DNA of 60,897 bases, the filler included, from Gonapodya sp. JEL0774 (Eukaryota), in the NCBI GenBank assembly GCA_027604505.1. It is 7 parts of 7 records of this genome, joined end to end, with 100 filler letters (N's around TTAATTAATTAA, not from the genome) between each part and the next. Parts side by side here need not be neighbours in the genome. Positions count along the whole stretch, not along the records: positions 52,322 to 60,897 come from JADIIX010000448.1; 6 more parts are not named here. The stretch is one strand, 5' to 3'. Position numbers and translations under genes: made by a program. Below are positions 60,777 through 60,897 of this stretch, one piece after another. The first letter of the stretch is position 1; every line of letters starts with the position of its first letter. The notes beneath the pieces were generated by a model, which was not told the DNA's origin, did not search any database, and worked only from the letters and a program-made list of their open reading frames with translations.

Positions 60777-60897
60777 ATGTGGACTGGTGCCTCGATCTGC
60801 TCCCAGGCTCTCACGCGCCCGCTCCGCCGACCAACCAGGGAGCAACGATGACTTCTGGGGGGGGACTTGGCGGTAGGATCTGCGAGAGCCGGGATCG
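60777..60897. repeat. Right arm of the ~120-bp inverted repeat at the ends of contig 7
   Basis: Reverse complement of 52322-52441. Confidence 0.95.

Overview
Eukaryotic, intron-rich genomic DNA, most likely from an early-diverging (chytrid-like) fungus; the taxon is inferred from gene families and GT-AG introns. The window is not one locus. It is seven size-sorted contigs (8679, 8629, 8622, 8616, 8594, 8581 and 8576 bp) joined by artificial 44N-TTAATTAATTAA-44N spacers. Most contigs carry ordinary spliced genes: Baeyer-Villiger monooxygenase, MFS transporter, RPL32, PNPOx-like protein, P450, SDR, PPR protein, hydrolases, amino-acid permease and AMACR. Two regions stand out. (1) Contig 4 has a tandem pair of intronless, virus/plasmid-like Prim-Pol + Zn-finger + D5/SF3 primase-helicase genes. 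One is fused to a PD-(D/E)XK nuclease; the other is followed directly by an iteron-like array of TGTCTCA heptamers around an AT-rich core, which suggests a replicon-type mobile element. (2) Contig 7 has three diverged copies of a ~190-200 nt sequence that keep the same multi-stem fold through compensatory substitutions, including a loop-E-like motif. Each copy is bounded by splice-site consensus sequences, suggesting an undescribed spliced, structured non-coding RNA. Contig 7 also has ~120 bp inverted repeats at its two ends.
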